A stretch of DNA of 64,000 nt, from the NCBI RefSeq assembly GCF_035084215.1, contig NC_090339.1, positions 34,906,001-34,970,000 of the forward strand, given 5' to 3'. This document shows, piece by piece, positions 1 through 13,125 of this stretch; the first letter of the stretch is position 1; each line of letters begins with the position of its first letter. Origin of the DNA: Heptranchias perlo (Eukaryota). The notes under the pieces are model-generated. The model was not told the origin of the DNA. It did no database searches and was given only the letters and a program-made list of their open reading frames with translations. The position numbers were made by a program, and so were the translations under genes.

Positions 1-479
1 TTTACTGACATTGTGTGAAAACATGTCTTCGCTGGTGGCAGAAGCTCTTTATGTATGGGCTCATTTATTTCTATTACGTGCAACAGAAATCAGTTTTGCT
101 TTTGTCACACACATTTCATTTTATCTATAGTTACCATTAGGAAGTATTATACTGTACTTGCAAAATAAAAGCAGGTGGGATAACATTAACTACTATAGAT
201 GCTGTGACTTGATGAATATTAATGAGGGAGTATGTGGAAAACATGAGGGGGTGTTGCAGCAGGATTGGTTCTCAAATTATATTGCATCTTATTAATTTAT
301 TGCATCCTCTCAGTTCACTTCAGTCCTAATTATAATCTGTGGGTTTAAAATGAAACAATGCAGTAATGAAGCTGTAGGACACGAAGAATTTTGCATTTTA
401 CATCAATCACAATCAGATTAAACTCACTCCCTGGATGCAGTTATTGGTCACTTGGATGCAACAGACACAAAGGAACATT

Positions 480-640
480 GTGTTACACACCATGCTGCAA
501 AACACAGCCAAGGAACATTACATGCTGCACTGCAACACGTAGCCAAGGAGCACCACACAATGTGCAACACACAGCCAAGGAACACTGCACTGCCACACAT
601 AGCAGGGATAGCAACATTCAGCTAAGGAACATTACAGACT
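480..640. repeat. Degenerate tandem repeat (~35-bp unit, core cacagccaaggaaca)
   Basis: agccaagga(ac) recurs about 4 times at regular spacing. Confidence 0.6.
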
Positions 641-856
641 AGCAGAGTAGCAGTTGGACAAAGCAATCCTGCAGAATGCCAGTCAGATGAGACAATTCTG
701 CAATTTTTGCAGCTCTTCTCTTAAATTATGCACTGCCCAAGTTAAGTGTATGCGTGGAACAAGAAAAGAACATTCAACACAGTACAAATTCCTAGTACAA
801 ATCAGGGACTCCACTCCAAGCATTTAATTTTTTGAAAGTTTGGTATAAATACCATG

Positions 857-1338
857 GGGGTAGAGTTTCCACTTTGGCTGCAATCAAGAAATCGCGCTCA
901 AAATTGCACTGGTTAAGGTACAGTTTCTGCTAAAATTTACTTGCATAATCACAAATGTAAAATCTTCCATGAACCAGTGCAATCGGGCAACGTAATAGAA
1001 TATAATCATTTCTTTTTTCTCCTTTCCATTAAAAAATATTCCTTGATGTATTTAAGAGTGGTACACTGGTGCAGTTTTATTAATACAGTTAGCCTTCCCA
1101 AACCAGCACAATCGGCGGAATCTAGCAATTTTGACCTGGGGGTATGGCCAGTTTTGTGGGCGGGGCCAGATCTGACGAATTCAATCTTAAATCAGTGTAA
1201 AAGATCGCAGAAAACACGAACGCAAATGGTTTTGGGCGTAACTCACTTCTAAAATTCCACTATCTTTTGCGCTGTTTCGGCCCATTTCGCCTGGACTGTG
1301 TTGATATTACTGCCATAAACAAATGGAAACTCTACCCC
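857..1338. mobile_element. MITE / non-autonomous DNA transposon with 15-bp perfect TIRs
   Basis: ggggtagagtttcca (857-871) and tggaaactctacccc (1324-1338); interior is homologous to the element at 31404-32129 in the opposite orientation. Confidence 0.8.
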
Positions 1339-1944
1339 TATGTGATCCTCAAAGATAATCAAGCAAAATTCTGGAATATCCATCCATCATCACATGTCTT
1401 CTTTGGCTAAGCAAGGCAGCAGCAATGCGAGCAGAATTATTGGGAGAAATTGTGACCTAACACACACCTGGGTAAACAAGCAATAAATCGGTAAATAGCC
1501 TATTGAATCCGAGAGGGTTGGCAATTCTATATCTACATAGCTGTAACTCAGTTAATTTGACCATACAAACTCATCTTTTACAATGCTGCTGTGAAATGTG
1601 AGTATTGTGTAAATCAAAGTTGCTCATTTTCCAACTTTTCAGCAGGGAGAGGGTAACAAAGTTAAGATGAAATCTGCTTGGTACCCTAGACTGTTCATTT
1701 AAAAAGAATGAGCAGTACACAATCCATGAACGGCCGATCTTACATAATGTAGAGGATAATGAGCCCACAGACTTTTCTTTCAGTTATTTCGCTTACCTAT
1801 TGCAGAACTTGCAGGCTGCACTTCTGAACACAGGTGAATAGGATTTTCCTTATGGCTAGCTGGTCCCGCTCCGTCCGCTGCATTAACTTCGCCAGAATTG
1901 CAGCTGGACCGGACTTCCGACGCAGTTATGGCGATGGAGCAGCA

Positions 1945-4507
1945 GGACTTCAGAACATTCTGGTGGGAGAGGGTGAACAGCCAGAGGTCGTGGTCCATAT
2001 TGGGACCAATGACATAGGTAGAAAGGGGGATGAGGTCCTGCAGGCAGATTTTAAGGAGTTAGGAAAGAGATTCACAAGCAGGACCTCAAGGGTAGTAATC
2101 TCAGGATTACTCACAGTGCCATGTGCTAGTGAGTATAAAAATAGGAGGATAGAGCAGATGAATGCGTGGCTGGAGAGACGGTGCAGGAGGGAGGGCTTTA
2201 GATTCGTGGGGCATTGTAATCAGTTCTGGAGAAGGTGGGACCTGTACAGGCCAGACAGATTGCACCTCAATGGAGCTGGGACCAATGTCCTCACGGAGAG
2301 GTTTGCTAGTGCTGTGGGGGGAGAAGGGGGGATTTAAATTAATTTGGTAGGGGGATGGGCACCAGGATATAGCATTAGAAAGGAGAAAAAAGGGGCACAA
2401 AGGATTGGGAGAGGCAGATAGCACTAGAGTAAGAAATAGTCTGGTAGTAGATGGGACCAGACTAAAAGAGAGTACATGAAAGTCTAAGATAGGTTTACAG
2501 TGCATGTGTGTAAATGCACGAACCGTGTTAAAGAAGGTTGGTGAGCTGCAGTTGCAATTAGCCACATGGGAATATGATATTGTGGCGATAACGGAGACCT
2601 GGCTCAAAAAAGGGCAGGATTGGGTACTAAATATTCCTGGATACAAGGTGTTCAGGAAAGATAGAGAAGGGAAGAAAGGAGGGATGGTTGGTGGTGGCAG
2701 TATTGATTAAGGAGAATATTGCAATGCTGGAAAGAGAGGATGTCCTGGAGGGGCCAAGGACAGAATCTATTTGGTTAGAGTTAAGAAACAATAGGGGTGC
2801 CATTACACTACTGGGTGTATTCTATAGGCCACCAACTAGTGGGAAGGAGATAGAGGTGCAAATTTGCAGGGAAATTACAGACAGTTGCAAAAGCCATAGA
2901 GTAGTGATAACGGGGGACTTCAACTATCCAAATATAGACTGAGATAATAATAATACAAGGGACAAAGAAGGGGAGGAATTTTTGAAATGTGTTGAGGAGA
3001 ACTTTCCAGCCTAATGAAGAAAGAGGCATTGCTGGACTTGATTCTGGGGAATAAGGTGGACCAAGTGGAGCAAGTGTCAGTGGGGGAACATTTAGAGAAC
3101 AGCGATCATAGTATCATAAGGTTTAGAATAGCTATGGAAAAGAACATGGACCACTCTAAAGTAAAAATACTCAACTGGAGGAGGGCCAATTTCAGTGGGA
3201 TAAGAACAGATCTGGCCTGGGTAAATTGGAATCAAGATTGGCAGGCAAAACAGTAATTGAACAATGGGTGGCCTTTAAGGAGGAGATGGTTCAGGTACAG
3301 TCCAGGTACATTCCCATGAGGGAGAAAGGTAGGGCAGTTAAAGCCAGAGCTCCCTGGGTGAGAAAAGAGATAGAGAGTAAGATGAAGCAGAAAAAAGGGG
3401 CATAGATGTCAGGTTGATAACACAAGTGAGAACCAGGCTGAATATAGAAAGTTCAGAGGGGAAGTGAAAAAAGAAATAAGAGGGGCAAAGAGAGAGTACG
3501 AGAATAGATTGGCAGCCAACATAAAAGGGAATCCAAAAGTCTTCTATAGGCATGTAAACAGTAAATGGGTAGTAAGAGGAGGGGTGGGGCCGATCAGGGA
3601 CCAAAAAGAAGATCTAAGGTTTGTCATGGAGGCAGAGGGCATGGTTGAGGTACTAAATGAGTACTTTGCATCTGTCTTTACCAAGGAAGAAGATGCTGCC
3701 ACAGTCTCAGCAAAGGAAGATGTGGTTGAGATACTGGATGGGCTAAAAATTGATAAAGAGGAGGTACAGAAAAGGCTAGCTGTACATAAAGTAGATAAGT
3801 CACCCGGTCCGGATGGGATGCATCCTAGGTTGCTGAGGGAATTAAGGATGGAAATTGCGGAGGTACTGGCCGTAATCTTCTAAACATCCTTAGATACGTG
3901 GGTGGTGCCAGAGGACTGGAGAATTACAAATGTTACACCCTTGTTCAAAAAAGGGTGTAAGGATAAACCCACAGCTACAGACCAGTCAGTTTAATCAAAG
4001 TGGTGGGGAAACTTTTAGAAATGATAGTCCGGGACAGAATTAGCAGTCACTTAAACAAGTGTGGATTGATTAGGGAAAGACAGCATAGATTTGTTAAAGG
4101 CAAATCGTGTTTAACTGACTTGAAAGAGTTTTTTAATGAGTTAACAGAGAGGGTCGATGAGGGCCAATGCGGTTGATGTGGTGTATATGGACTTTCAAAA
4201 GGCATTTTATAAAGTGCCGCATAATAGGCTTGTCATCAAGACTGAAGCCCATGGAATAAAAGGGACAGCAGCAGCATGGATACAAAATTGGGTAAGTAAC
4301 AGGAAGCAGAGAGTAGTGGTGAACGGTTGTTTTTTGGACTGGAGGAAGGTGTACAGTGGTGTTCCCCATGGGTCAGTAGTAGGACCACTGCTTTTATTGA
4401 TATATATTTATGACTTGGACTTGGGTGTACAGGGCACAATTTCCAAATTTGCAGATAATACAAAACTTAGAAGTTTAGTGATAGGCTTCAAGAGGATATA
4501 GACAGGA
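1945..4507 (+). mobile_element. CR1 LINE internal fragment, disrupted: ORF1 SGNH esterase, ORF2 APE endonuclease and RT
   Basis: VVVHIGTNDIG (esterase); VAITETW, YRPP, GDFNYP, SDH (APE); KSPGPDG, YMDFQKAF, GVPHGSVVGP, KFADN (RT); many stops and frameshifts. Confidence 0.93.
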
Positions 4508-4742
4508 AGTGGTTAGAAGCCTAAGAGAGCTGCATACGGAGTCTCAAGCATCAAGGAGGTAGGTTCCAGGTATGATGGTGAGGGCGTGAAGCGGGAAAAA
4601 TTGCAACTTTTATGCAAGCAGCTCTCGCGTGAGATATATTCAGGGACGAAGGCGCCAACTGCGGATGCTTCTTCCAGATTGCTAGCAACAGTGCCTGAGC
4701 AATCAGTCTTCCATTCTGGAGACTCCTGGATAATCCAGGTGA

Positions 4743-5410
4743 AACATAGAAAATAGGAACAGGAGAAGGTCATTCGGCCCTTCAAGCCTTCTCCGCCATT
4801 CAATATGATCATGGCTGATCCTCTATCTCAATACCATATTCCCGGTCTCTCCCCATACCCCTTGATGCCTTTTGTGTCTAGAAATCTATCTAGCTCCTTC
4901 TTAAATACATTCAGTGACTTGGCATCCACAGCCTTCTGTGGTAGAGAATTCCACAGGTTCACCACTAACTGGGTGAAGAAATTTCTCCTCATCTCAGTCC
5001 TAAATGTCCTACCCTATATCCTGAGACTGTGACCCCTTGTTCTGGACCCCCCCAGCCAGGGGAAACATCCTCCCTGCATCCAGTCTGTCTAGCCCTGTCA
5101 GAATTTTATATGTTTCAATGAGATCCCCTCTCATTCTTCTAAACTTGAATGAATACAGGCCGAGTCGACCCAATCTCTCCTCATACGACAATTCCCAGGA
5201 ATCAGTCTGGTGAACCTTCGCTGCACTCCTTCTATGGCAAGTATATCCTTTCTTAGTTAAGGAGACCAAAACTGCACACAATACTCCAGATGTGGTCTCA
5301 CCAAGGCCCTGTATAATTGCTCCTGTACTCAAATCCTCTTGCAATGAAGGCCAACATACCATTTGCCTTCCTAACTGCTTGCTGCACCTGCATAACTGCT
5401 TACTGCACCT
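4743..5410 (-). mobile_element. CR1 LINE 3' fragment, apparently nested in a small MITE (..ctggagactcctggataatccagg | ggttggcaacccta)
   Basis: YEERLGRLGLYSFKFRRMRGDLIETYKIL; ttctatgttt tail at 4743; same subfamily as 45730-46220. Confidence 0.88.
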
Positions 5411-6449
5411 GCACCTGGGTTGGCAACCCTAAGCACAACTGTCAGTGAAATACACCTCTGTCCCTTTGGAGGTTGTGGCAACAATATCTCAGGAAAACCC
5501 TATGAAAAGCAGTGTTGGTATGCTGCATGCTGCACAACATTACTTCCTTGGCCACCTGCTCTGATAAATACGTAGCTGCCAGAGTGTTCTAGGCATCTGA
5601 AGCAAAGGCCTGCTCAATCAGCAACCTGACCAGTCTGTGGACCTCATTGTACCACGCCCCAGTCCTAGTGCACAAGTTGGGTGCGTTGCAACTCAAAGCC
5701 CTATGATTCTATATCTTCCAGCAGCCAGCTGTCGAGCTGCTCTTTACCTTGAAAGAGCTCCAAAATGTTGAATTGGCACAGGATGAATGAATCAAGTGAA
5801 AGTGATGTGTCATGGAAAAATTAACCAAGAATCACTGCACAGTAGTGAGTAATATTGGAGAAAAACTTTGCAGAATGTAAGAAAGATCATCACCGTTGAA
5901 GTGTATTTCTATAATGGTTGGAAATAAGTAGAATGGGATTTAAAAAAAAATCTACTACTATGAACAAATTTGATTGTTAAATCACACTTTGTAGTATGAT
6001 CTTAAACTTGAGCACCAGGATCAGCTAGAATATCAGCTGCAATACTGCATTGTACTGTATCAGCTGTCTTTGGCTATAGTTACAACTAATACAGTATATT
6101 CCTGTTACATACATGCCAACGTAGAAAACTAGCAAAAGCTGAACAACAGCTTCAAAACAGAAGCTGCCATAGCTCCCAAAAAGCAGACAACTCATGAACA
6201 ACCCTAGCATGTGAAAAAAGGACATTAAATGGGTTTTGTACCTTAAGCAGTCGGTATACCCAACATTCCTTTATTTGTACTGGAGGTGAAAAAAAAGTAC
6301 ACGAAAGCCTGAGGGGGAAATCCAAATGCTGAAAGCATAAAATTGGTAGTACATTTCGAGGGAGAAACATTCGGGTGCATGTTATCCTGGAAAATTTAAA
6401 GTTTTTACATTAAAAATGATGCATTCTGGTTCATTTTAAGCACTTTTAT

Positions 6450-9400
6450 AATTCATAGTTAATAGACTACTTATTCCTGATCCAATCCCTGAATCACAAA
6501 CTGTAACATTGGTCAATTCTCCAATTACACTCCAGGTCATCTCAGCTAGCCTATCCTCCACCTTTGACACTAGTGCTTTAACTGTGCCCTCCTTCACCAT
6601 CTGGAGATCCTATCCTACAAGCACAGCTCACCTTCTGCATAGCTGAGAATCAGGGACCCTGCATTTCCCCCACTGTAATGTGGGAGACCACCATGGTGGT
6701 CCTAAGCGGCCAAATCATCACCTCATTTCCGTCAAGGTTGCAGACTCACAGAAACCTGGAGCAACAGATAAAATAGTTAGAATTTCAACAAAGGAGGCAT
6801 TGAATGGAGAGCACTAAAAGAGCTCTTAAACAGGCCTAGAAAATAAAGGAGACTAAACTAGCCTCCTATCAGTAGGTGCTGAAACGCTCCTCTAGTGCAC
6901 CATAGCCAAATAGTATGAACAGGGAAACAAGCGGGAGAAGCTCTTTACATACACCCTTTTGCAACAAACACAAGTAGAACTGTTGCATCGATTATGCTCT
7001 GACCCCACTAAGAACAGTAGCGAGCCTGCAAACTAGTACACTTTGCACTACTCCTCCAAGTTCCAGGCAACACGGGATCCAAGGTGAGGTAGCCAAATGG
7101 ATACAAAATTGGATTGACGGCAGAAGACAGAGGGTGGTTGTAGAGGGTTGTTTTTCAAACTGGAGGCCTGTGACCAGCGGTGTGCCTCAGGGATCGGTGC
7201 TGGGTCCACTGTTATTTGTTATTTATATTAATGATTTGGATGAGAATTTAGGAGGCATGGTTAGTAAGTTTGCAGATGACACCAAGATTGGTGGCATTGT
7301 GGACAGTGAAGAAGGTTATCTAGGATTGCAACAGGATCTTGATAAATTGGGCCAGTGGGCCGATGAATGGCAGATGGAGTTTAATTTAGATAAATGTGAG
7401 GTGATGCATTTTGGTAGATCGAATCGGGCCAGGACCTACTCCGTTAATGGTAGGGCGTTGGGGAGAGTTATAGAACAAAGAGATCTAGGAGTACAGGTTC
7501 ATAGCTCCTTGAAAGTGGAGTCACAGGTGGATAGGGTGGTGAAGAAGGCATTCAGCATGCTTGGTTTCATTGGTCAGAACATTGAATACAGGAGTTGGGA
7601 TGTCTTGTTGAAGTTGTACAAGACATTAGTAAGGCCACACTTGGAATACTGTGTACAGTTCTGGTCACCCTATTATAGAAAGGATATTATTAAACTAGAA
7701 AGAGTGCAGAAAAGATTTACTAGGATGCTACCGGGACTTGATGGTTTGACTTATAGGGAGAGGTTGGATAGACTGAGACTTTTTTCCCTGGAGAGTAGGA
7801 GGTTTAGGGGTGATCTTATAGAAGTCTATAAAATAATGAGGGGCATAGATAAGGTCGATAGTCAAAATCTTTTCCCAAAGGTAGGGGAGCCTATAACGAG
7901 GGGGTATAGATTTAAGGTGAGAGGGGAGAGATACAAAAGGGTCCAGAGGGGCAATTTTTTCACTCAAAGGGTGGTGAGTGCCTGGAACGAGCTGCCAGAG
8001 GCAGTAGTAGAGGCGGGTACAATTTTGTCTTTTAAAAAGTATTTGGACAGTTACATGGGTAAGATGGGTATAGAGGGATATGGGCCAAGTGCAGGCAATT
8101 GGGACTAGCTTACTGGTATAAACTGGGCGACATGGACATGTTGGGCCGAAGGGCCTGTTTCCATGTTGTAAACTTCTATGATTCTATGATTCTAACTGTG
8201 AAGACCTATGTACAGGATCAGATAACAAAAGTCTTTCACTTCTTCCAAAATCCAGGCATGGTTATATACAGAACAAAGTGTGTTTATTAATAAACAAAAA
8301 TGCTAAGGGTTTTCTCTCTTTCTATTTATTTCTCTTCTCAGAATCTTCTGGGTCTTGCCATATATACCAAAGATCCCCCATCAGGAGTTGGGGGGGGTGG
8401 GGGTCACAATTATACCTTCCTTCATCTAGACCTATCATGATTTTACACATCTCAATGAGGAAAGGTATAATACCTATCCAACATCATTCTCTCCCAAGAA
8501 AGAGCAGTTGTTTGATATCCTAATCTCAGCCAGCAAGTTCCAGCTGGCAATAAAAAGGGCAACCCAGTACCTTACAGCTAACCTGATGAATTTTACAAAG
8601 CCCCGTTTCCAGGGCTCACCACCATCTGTTGGAACTTCTCCACCAAGTACTGGAGACAAACATCTTGTCAGGCACTTTTAATGCAGTCACAATCATATTA
8701 ATACATAAAAAAGGAAAAGAGGCCTGCCAGTAGTTCATACTGATCCACAACCCTGCTTAATGCTGACTATAAAATTCTGATCAAAATCCTGGCCTCAAGA
8801 CTAGATGCAGTTAACTCCTGGCTGTTCCACGTACAAGTAACAGACTTAATCCCACTTCTTGTGGGATAATCCGAGGTGCTATTCAATGTGATGCACCACT
8901 GTAATAGCTCCAACACATGTGCCCTGGTGTGCTGGACTCACAAAAGATATTTCACTGGGTGGAGTTGTAGTTCCTCCTCAAGACACTTGAGAAAATGACT
9001 TTGTGACTCACTTAGGAGATAGATTAAAATCCTATATTTGCACCCCAAATTCACAGTATACAGTAATTGCCTCTGGTCCCCCGAATTCTCCCTCCATCGA
9101 GGAACCGTACATGAATGTCCCCTATCTCTCTTCTCCTGAGCCCTGGCTATCGAACCCCAGGCAACATGCATCAGAGTAATCCCTAGAGTACAGACTGAAG
9201 GAACTGAGCATGAAGTATCCTTATATCCAATGATGTACTACTATAACTAATCCAAACACCTCAATCACCAGCATCTTTCAAAGCATCAGAGACTTTGGGC
9301 AATTTTCATAGACTAAGTTTAATTAGTATATATGCTGCCCAAACTGGATGGAATATCTGCCATATCACTCCTGGCTAGGGTAAACACAATAAAAACTAAC

Positions 9401-10960
9401 ATGTGCCCCTGCATCCTTTACATATTCCAGATGTTCTCTGTCAAGGTCTCAACCCAACAATTCCATGACCTGGACAGTTGCATCTCCAAGTCCCTCAGGA
9501 TGAGTAAGAGACCTTGAATATGTCACAAACATCTTCAGGTTCCAAAACAAAAAGAGTGTAATTGACCTCCCAAACTTCAGTCAATATCATAGGGCAGGCT
9601 AGATCCAAGGGACTATTGCTGGAAATGAGACTGGGGACTTGCTAAAAACCAGTCTGCATAGCTTACCCTTCACCGACCTTCAAAAGAGACAGACAGGATT
9701 TAGAAGTATCCCAATTGCTGTCCTAGCCCCCTCAGCCTGGTGAGACATCTGCATCTCCCTGAAGATCCATCTGGGTCCATCAGCCCTAATCCGGAGCAAT
9801 GTGAAGGTTCCAAGAGGCCTCACATCAAGTGAATTAAAGTCTGGCATAGTCACTAGACTAGGCCAACTCATCAACATAGGCAGATCAAAGCTTCCCATCA
9901 TTTAACTGATAAATTTCACGTCTCCCAGCACGACCAATAGTACTACCCCTAGATCTCAGCAATGCTTTGCTGACTTCAGCAAGAGCCAACTCCAGTGGAA
10001 CTCTTCCTCTACTCCCCAACAGACCCCTGTAGCCACATCTTCATCCTGTACATATGTCCACATCTCTAGTAACAGACAGCACAGGAGATTTGCAGGTGGC
10101 TTGGGAATGAGACCCAGGATGCCTGAGGAGGTATAGACGAGATATAGTGAGCCACTACCTGTAGCAAGTCAAGAGAGGCAACTCAGAATCTAGAAACTGC
10201 ACCCAAAACAAACTCCAGAAATTTATCCCCTTCATACCAGATGACTTTTGGAGGGGCTGTAGCCAGAACAGCATCTTCCCACATTTATTCTGGTCATGTC
10301 GCTGTATTCAACCACTTTGGATGGCAGTATGGGAGAATATAAAAGGCCATAACTGGCCTTGTAATTCTGGACTACCCACTGAAGGGTGGGGTCCCCACAA
10401 CTAGCACAGGTCTTGCTGTATACTTTATTTTGGTACAGATGTTAACCCTTTTAAAGCAGCACAGATAAAGTGTACGAAGAATAGAGTACAGAAGAAATAA
10501 ATCCATAGGAAATAACTGCTAGGCACAGTGTAGTGTATAGGAGCAATGGATTATGTCTGCAACCAGGCTAAATATGTCACTTCTTTGCATTCCCAAAAGT
10601 GTACATTCATATATATGATTTGATTACATGCATCTGCAAGAAGGTCCATCCCCTCTCCGTGGTAGAGTGAAGCTCTGCCAACAACAAACACGTGGCTGAA
10701 GCACATGCAGTATATAACAATTAAAGCAAGGGATATTTCGTCTCCACCTGGAGAAATGTCAAGCAGTCAAGGGTCTATGCTTGGAGGCCCACTCAACCGA
10801 AACTCTCCCTTCAGCACAGCAACCCATCCAATGACAGGGAAAGACAACAACCCCAACAAACATGACTACCAGTAGGCGAAGCCCTTCTTCTCTGTGACCT
10901 AACTGATTCCCAAGCTATACCAAGAAACCTGAATATATCAATATACTTCTCTCATAAACA
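6450..10960 (+). mobile_element. Highly degraded L1/Tx1-clade LINE ORF2 relic, interrupted by a CR1 at 7070-8192; boundaries approximate
   Basis: Hand-read motifs in the expected order: WETT..VL.GQII (~6680), YEQGNK (~6915), LLNADYKILIKILASRL (~8755), HRGT..ECPLS..ALAIEP (~9095), SLLARVNTIK (~9365), WRGC......HLFWSC zinc knuckle (~10250). Confidence 0.7.
7070..8192 (+). mobile_element. CR1 LINE, 5'-truncated; open 324-aa RT C-terminus and (attctatg)n tail
   Basis: SGVPQGSVLGP, KFADDTK, RPHLEYCVQFW, RGDLIEVYK; ends ttctatgattctatgattct. Confidence 0.95.
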
Positions 10961-11173
10961 CCGTGTAATCAAAACATATATATGAATATACACTTTTGGG
11001 AATGCAAAGAAGTGACATTTAGCCTGGTTGCAGACATAATCCATAGCTCCTATACACTACACTGTACCTAGCAGTTATTTCCTGTGGATTTATTTCTTCT
11101 GTACTCTATTCTTTGTACACTTTATCTGTGCTGCTTTAAAAGGGTTAACATCTGTACCAAAATAAAGTATACA
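10417..11173. repeat. Inverted repeat with ~210-bp arms (10417-10628 and 10964-11173) and a ~335-bp spacer
   Basis: tgtatactttattttggtacagatg... pairs with ...catctgtaccaaaataaagtataca; only a few mismatches by eye. Confidence 0.92.
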
Positions 11174-11398
11174 AGAATTTCTGAAAACTTGGTAAAAGGC
11201 GTGGAGGGAATTAAATCCATTGGAGTTGACAGTACAGGGTGTTAGCAAGCTTTACTTCATCACCAGTGTGCAGATTATTTACCACTTAAGATGTACCTAC
11301 TATACAGGATAATGGCAGATAGATCTGAAGAAGGAAACTTTATCCTTGCGGTGGCACATAGACCCCGTTGATCCTATCTTCAGCCCCACAATAAGAGA

Positions 11399-11417
11399 GT
11401 GTGTGTGTGTGTGTGTG
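11399..11417. repeat. (GT)n microsatellite
   Basis: gtgtgtgtgtgtgtgtgtg. Confidence 0.9.
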
Positions 11418-12035
11418 CAACAATCAGCAGGAAACCCACCTGCATGTGTATTTCCTATTAAATATTGGTGACTATCAGATTGAAATATACAGTTCTGATT
11501 AATGGTGTCCACCCAAAACATTAAGATGTCTTTTCTCTTTTCAGATGCAGAGAAACTTGCTGTGTATTTCCACTGTGTTCTGTTTTTATTTGAAATATAT
11601 ACAAGTGCTTGCCACCAATATTCTGCAAACATGGGCACAGCTGACTGCAACAATGCAACTTTCATTTCCTTAAGTGCCAATTTGAACACACATCTGAAGT
11701 TGGGATTGCTAAGACTGACAGAGAACAGGATTCTGGCCAGGCCTGAGAGGAATGGGGTTGTTTAAACATAGTACATTATCAAGACTGGAATTCTACTAAA
11801 ATTTCAAGAACAAAAATCACAGGAACCAGTCACTGGTAATTCTGCTACCTTGGCATGATTCCCCTATTTGCTGTAAGGTATTAAGCCATCATTGACACCA
11901 GTACCTTTGTGGTTTAAGAGTTCCTCCAAGTAAAATATGTTGAAAAATCATTTCGAACATTTTCTGCTCACAGGGCACTCTAAACACAAATATTAAACCC
12001 TCTAATGGTATGGCAATACTGATACGCTTCTTTGT

Positions 12036-12115
12036 GTGTTAGCTTGGCTCAGTTCGTAGCACTCTTGCTTCAGAGTCAGAAATTTGTGGATTTGAGTCCC
12101 ATATCAGGACTTCGG
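12036..12115 (+). mobile_element. tRNA-derived SINE head (Deu/SacSINE-like fragment)
   Basis: gtgttagcttggctcagttcgtagcactcttgc...gatttgagtccca shows A-box/B-box-like motifs; resembles the head of the copy at 47016-47357. Confidence 0.6.
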
Positions 12116-13125
12116 CATGTAGGGGTAAATTGCACATGCAGCCAGTGAATATTGGAAAAGCACAGATACATTAAAAAATCACAGGCACGCACTGAAATCA
12201 ACAAATGGAAAATTATGGGCAGCACAACAGCAATCTTCTCATATGTGCTGGCTGTGTGCAAGGCCCCAATGGTGGTGCAGGGCCTTGCAAAATTTACCCT
12301 ATATAAGCTTGGGAAGTACTGAGGGACTGTGTATTGTTGGAAGTTCTGATAGTCTCTCTTCACAATTTACGATTTTAAATCGTATAATCTCTAATCATTC
12401 TTCTGGAATTCTACAATGCATCAATGTGGTTTGAAAGTAGGGTGCCTGAAATTCCACACAATATTACAAATGTGGACTTTCAAGTTCTACAGGATTAAAT
12501 CAACAAGTTTCAACTTATAATTGCAGTTCCTCAAGTTGCGTTGCAATGCTAACACTTAAGTGTCAGAAATGGATGCTGAACAGTACAGTTGTATAGAATT
12601 TAAATGCATGACAGACAGGGTCAGTGAGAAAGTTGTGCTAACTAGGCGTGATTGATATGTAGTTTTTGCGCTTTGCTGCTTTCTGTACAGTGTGCCGTCC
12701 CAAATGCTGAGGGACCTGCAGCCTGCTCCATAACCAGGAAGTACTTTCCTAAAGGTGTAAATTAACAGATCTCTGATAGTAGCTGTCTTTCACCTTTACT
12801 ACATTTCTAAGTACCGTGCAACTTATTACTAATCTGAAGAATATCCCAGTACTCACTCAGCCCCTTGGTGTTGAATGTCTTGAGCCATAATAGCTCCGGT
12901 TTTCAGCACACACCCTGAACTCCTTGATTGCAACCTTTGTAATACAACTGGTTGTTGCATAATCAGTCACTCCACCTAGAGGCGGAATGCAATCCAATCC
13001 TACAGCACAGTGATTAGAAAACCCAAATACACTGACTCAGAGAGATAAAGATATTCAAATACAACAGCAGAGACAGAGAGGTTAGGATACTGAAATGCAT
13101 CAGCACAGAGACAGAAGGAGTTCAG

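Noticed and set aside
7134-8108. Long ORFs (324 aa here, 404 aa at 13811) as host genes
   Set aside because: Both are truncated LINE ORF2 segments followed by typical LINE tails
11300-11765. Overlapping ORFs around the (GT)n repeat
   Set aside because: No recognisable domains. The nearby donor would leave TA plus a purine, creating a stop codon on joining the next exon.
12857-12975. Candidate 119-nt minus-strand exon (ctctag|...|gtgagt)
   Set aside because: In the required phase it reaches TGA after three codons, and it shows no DLG similarity
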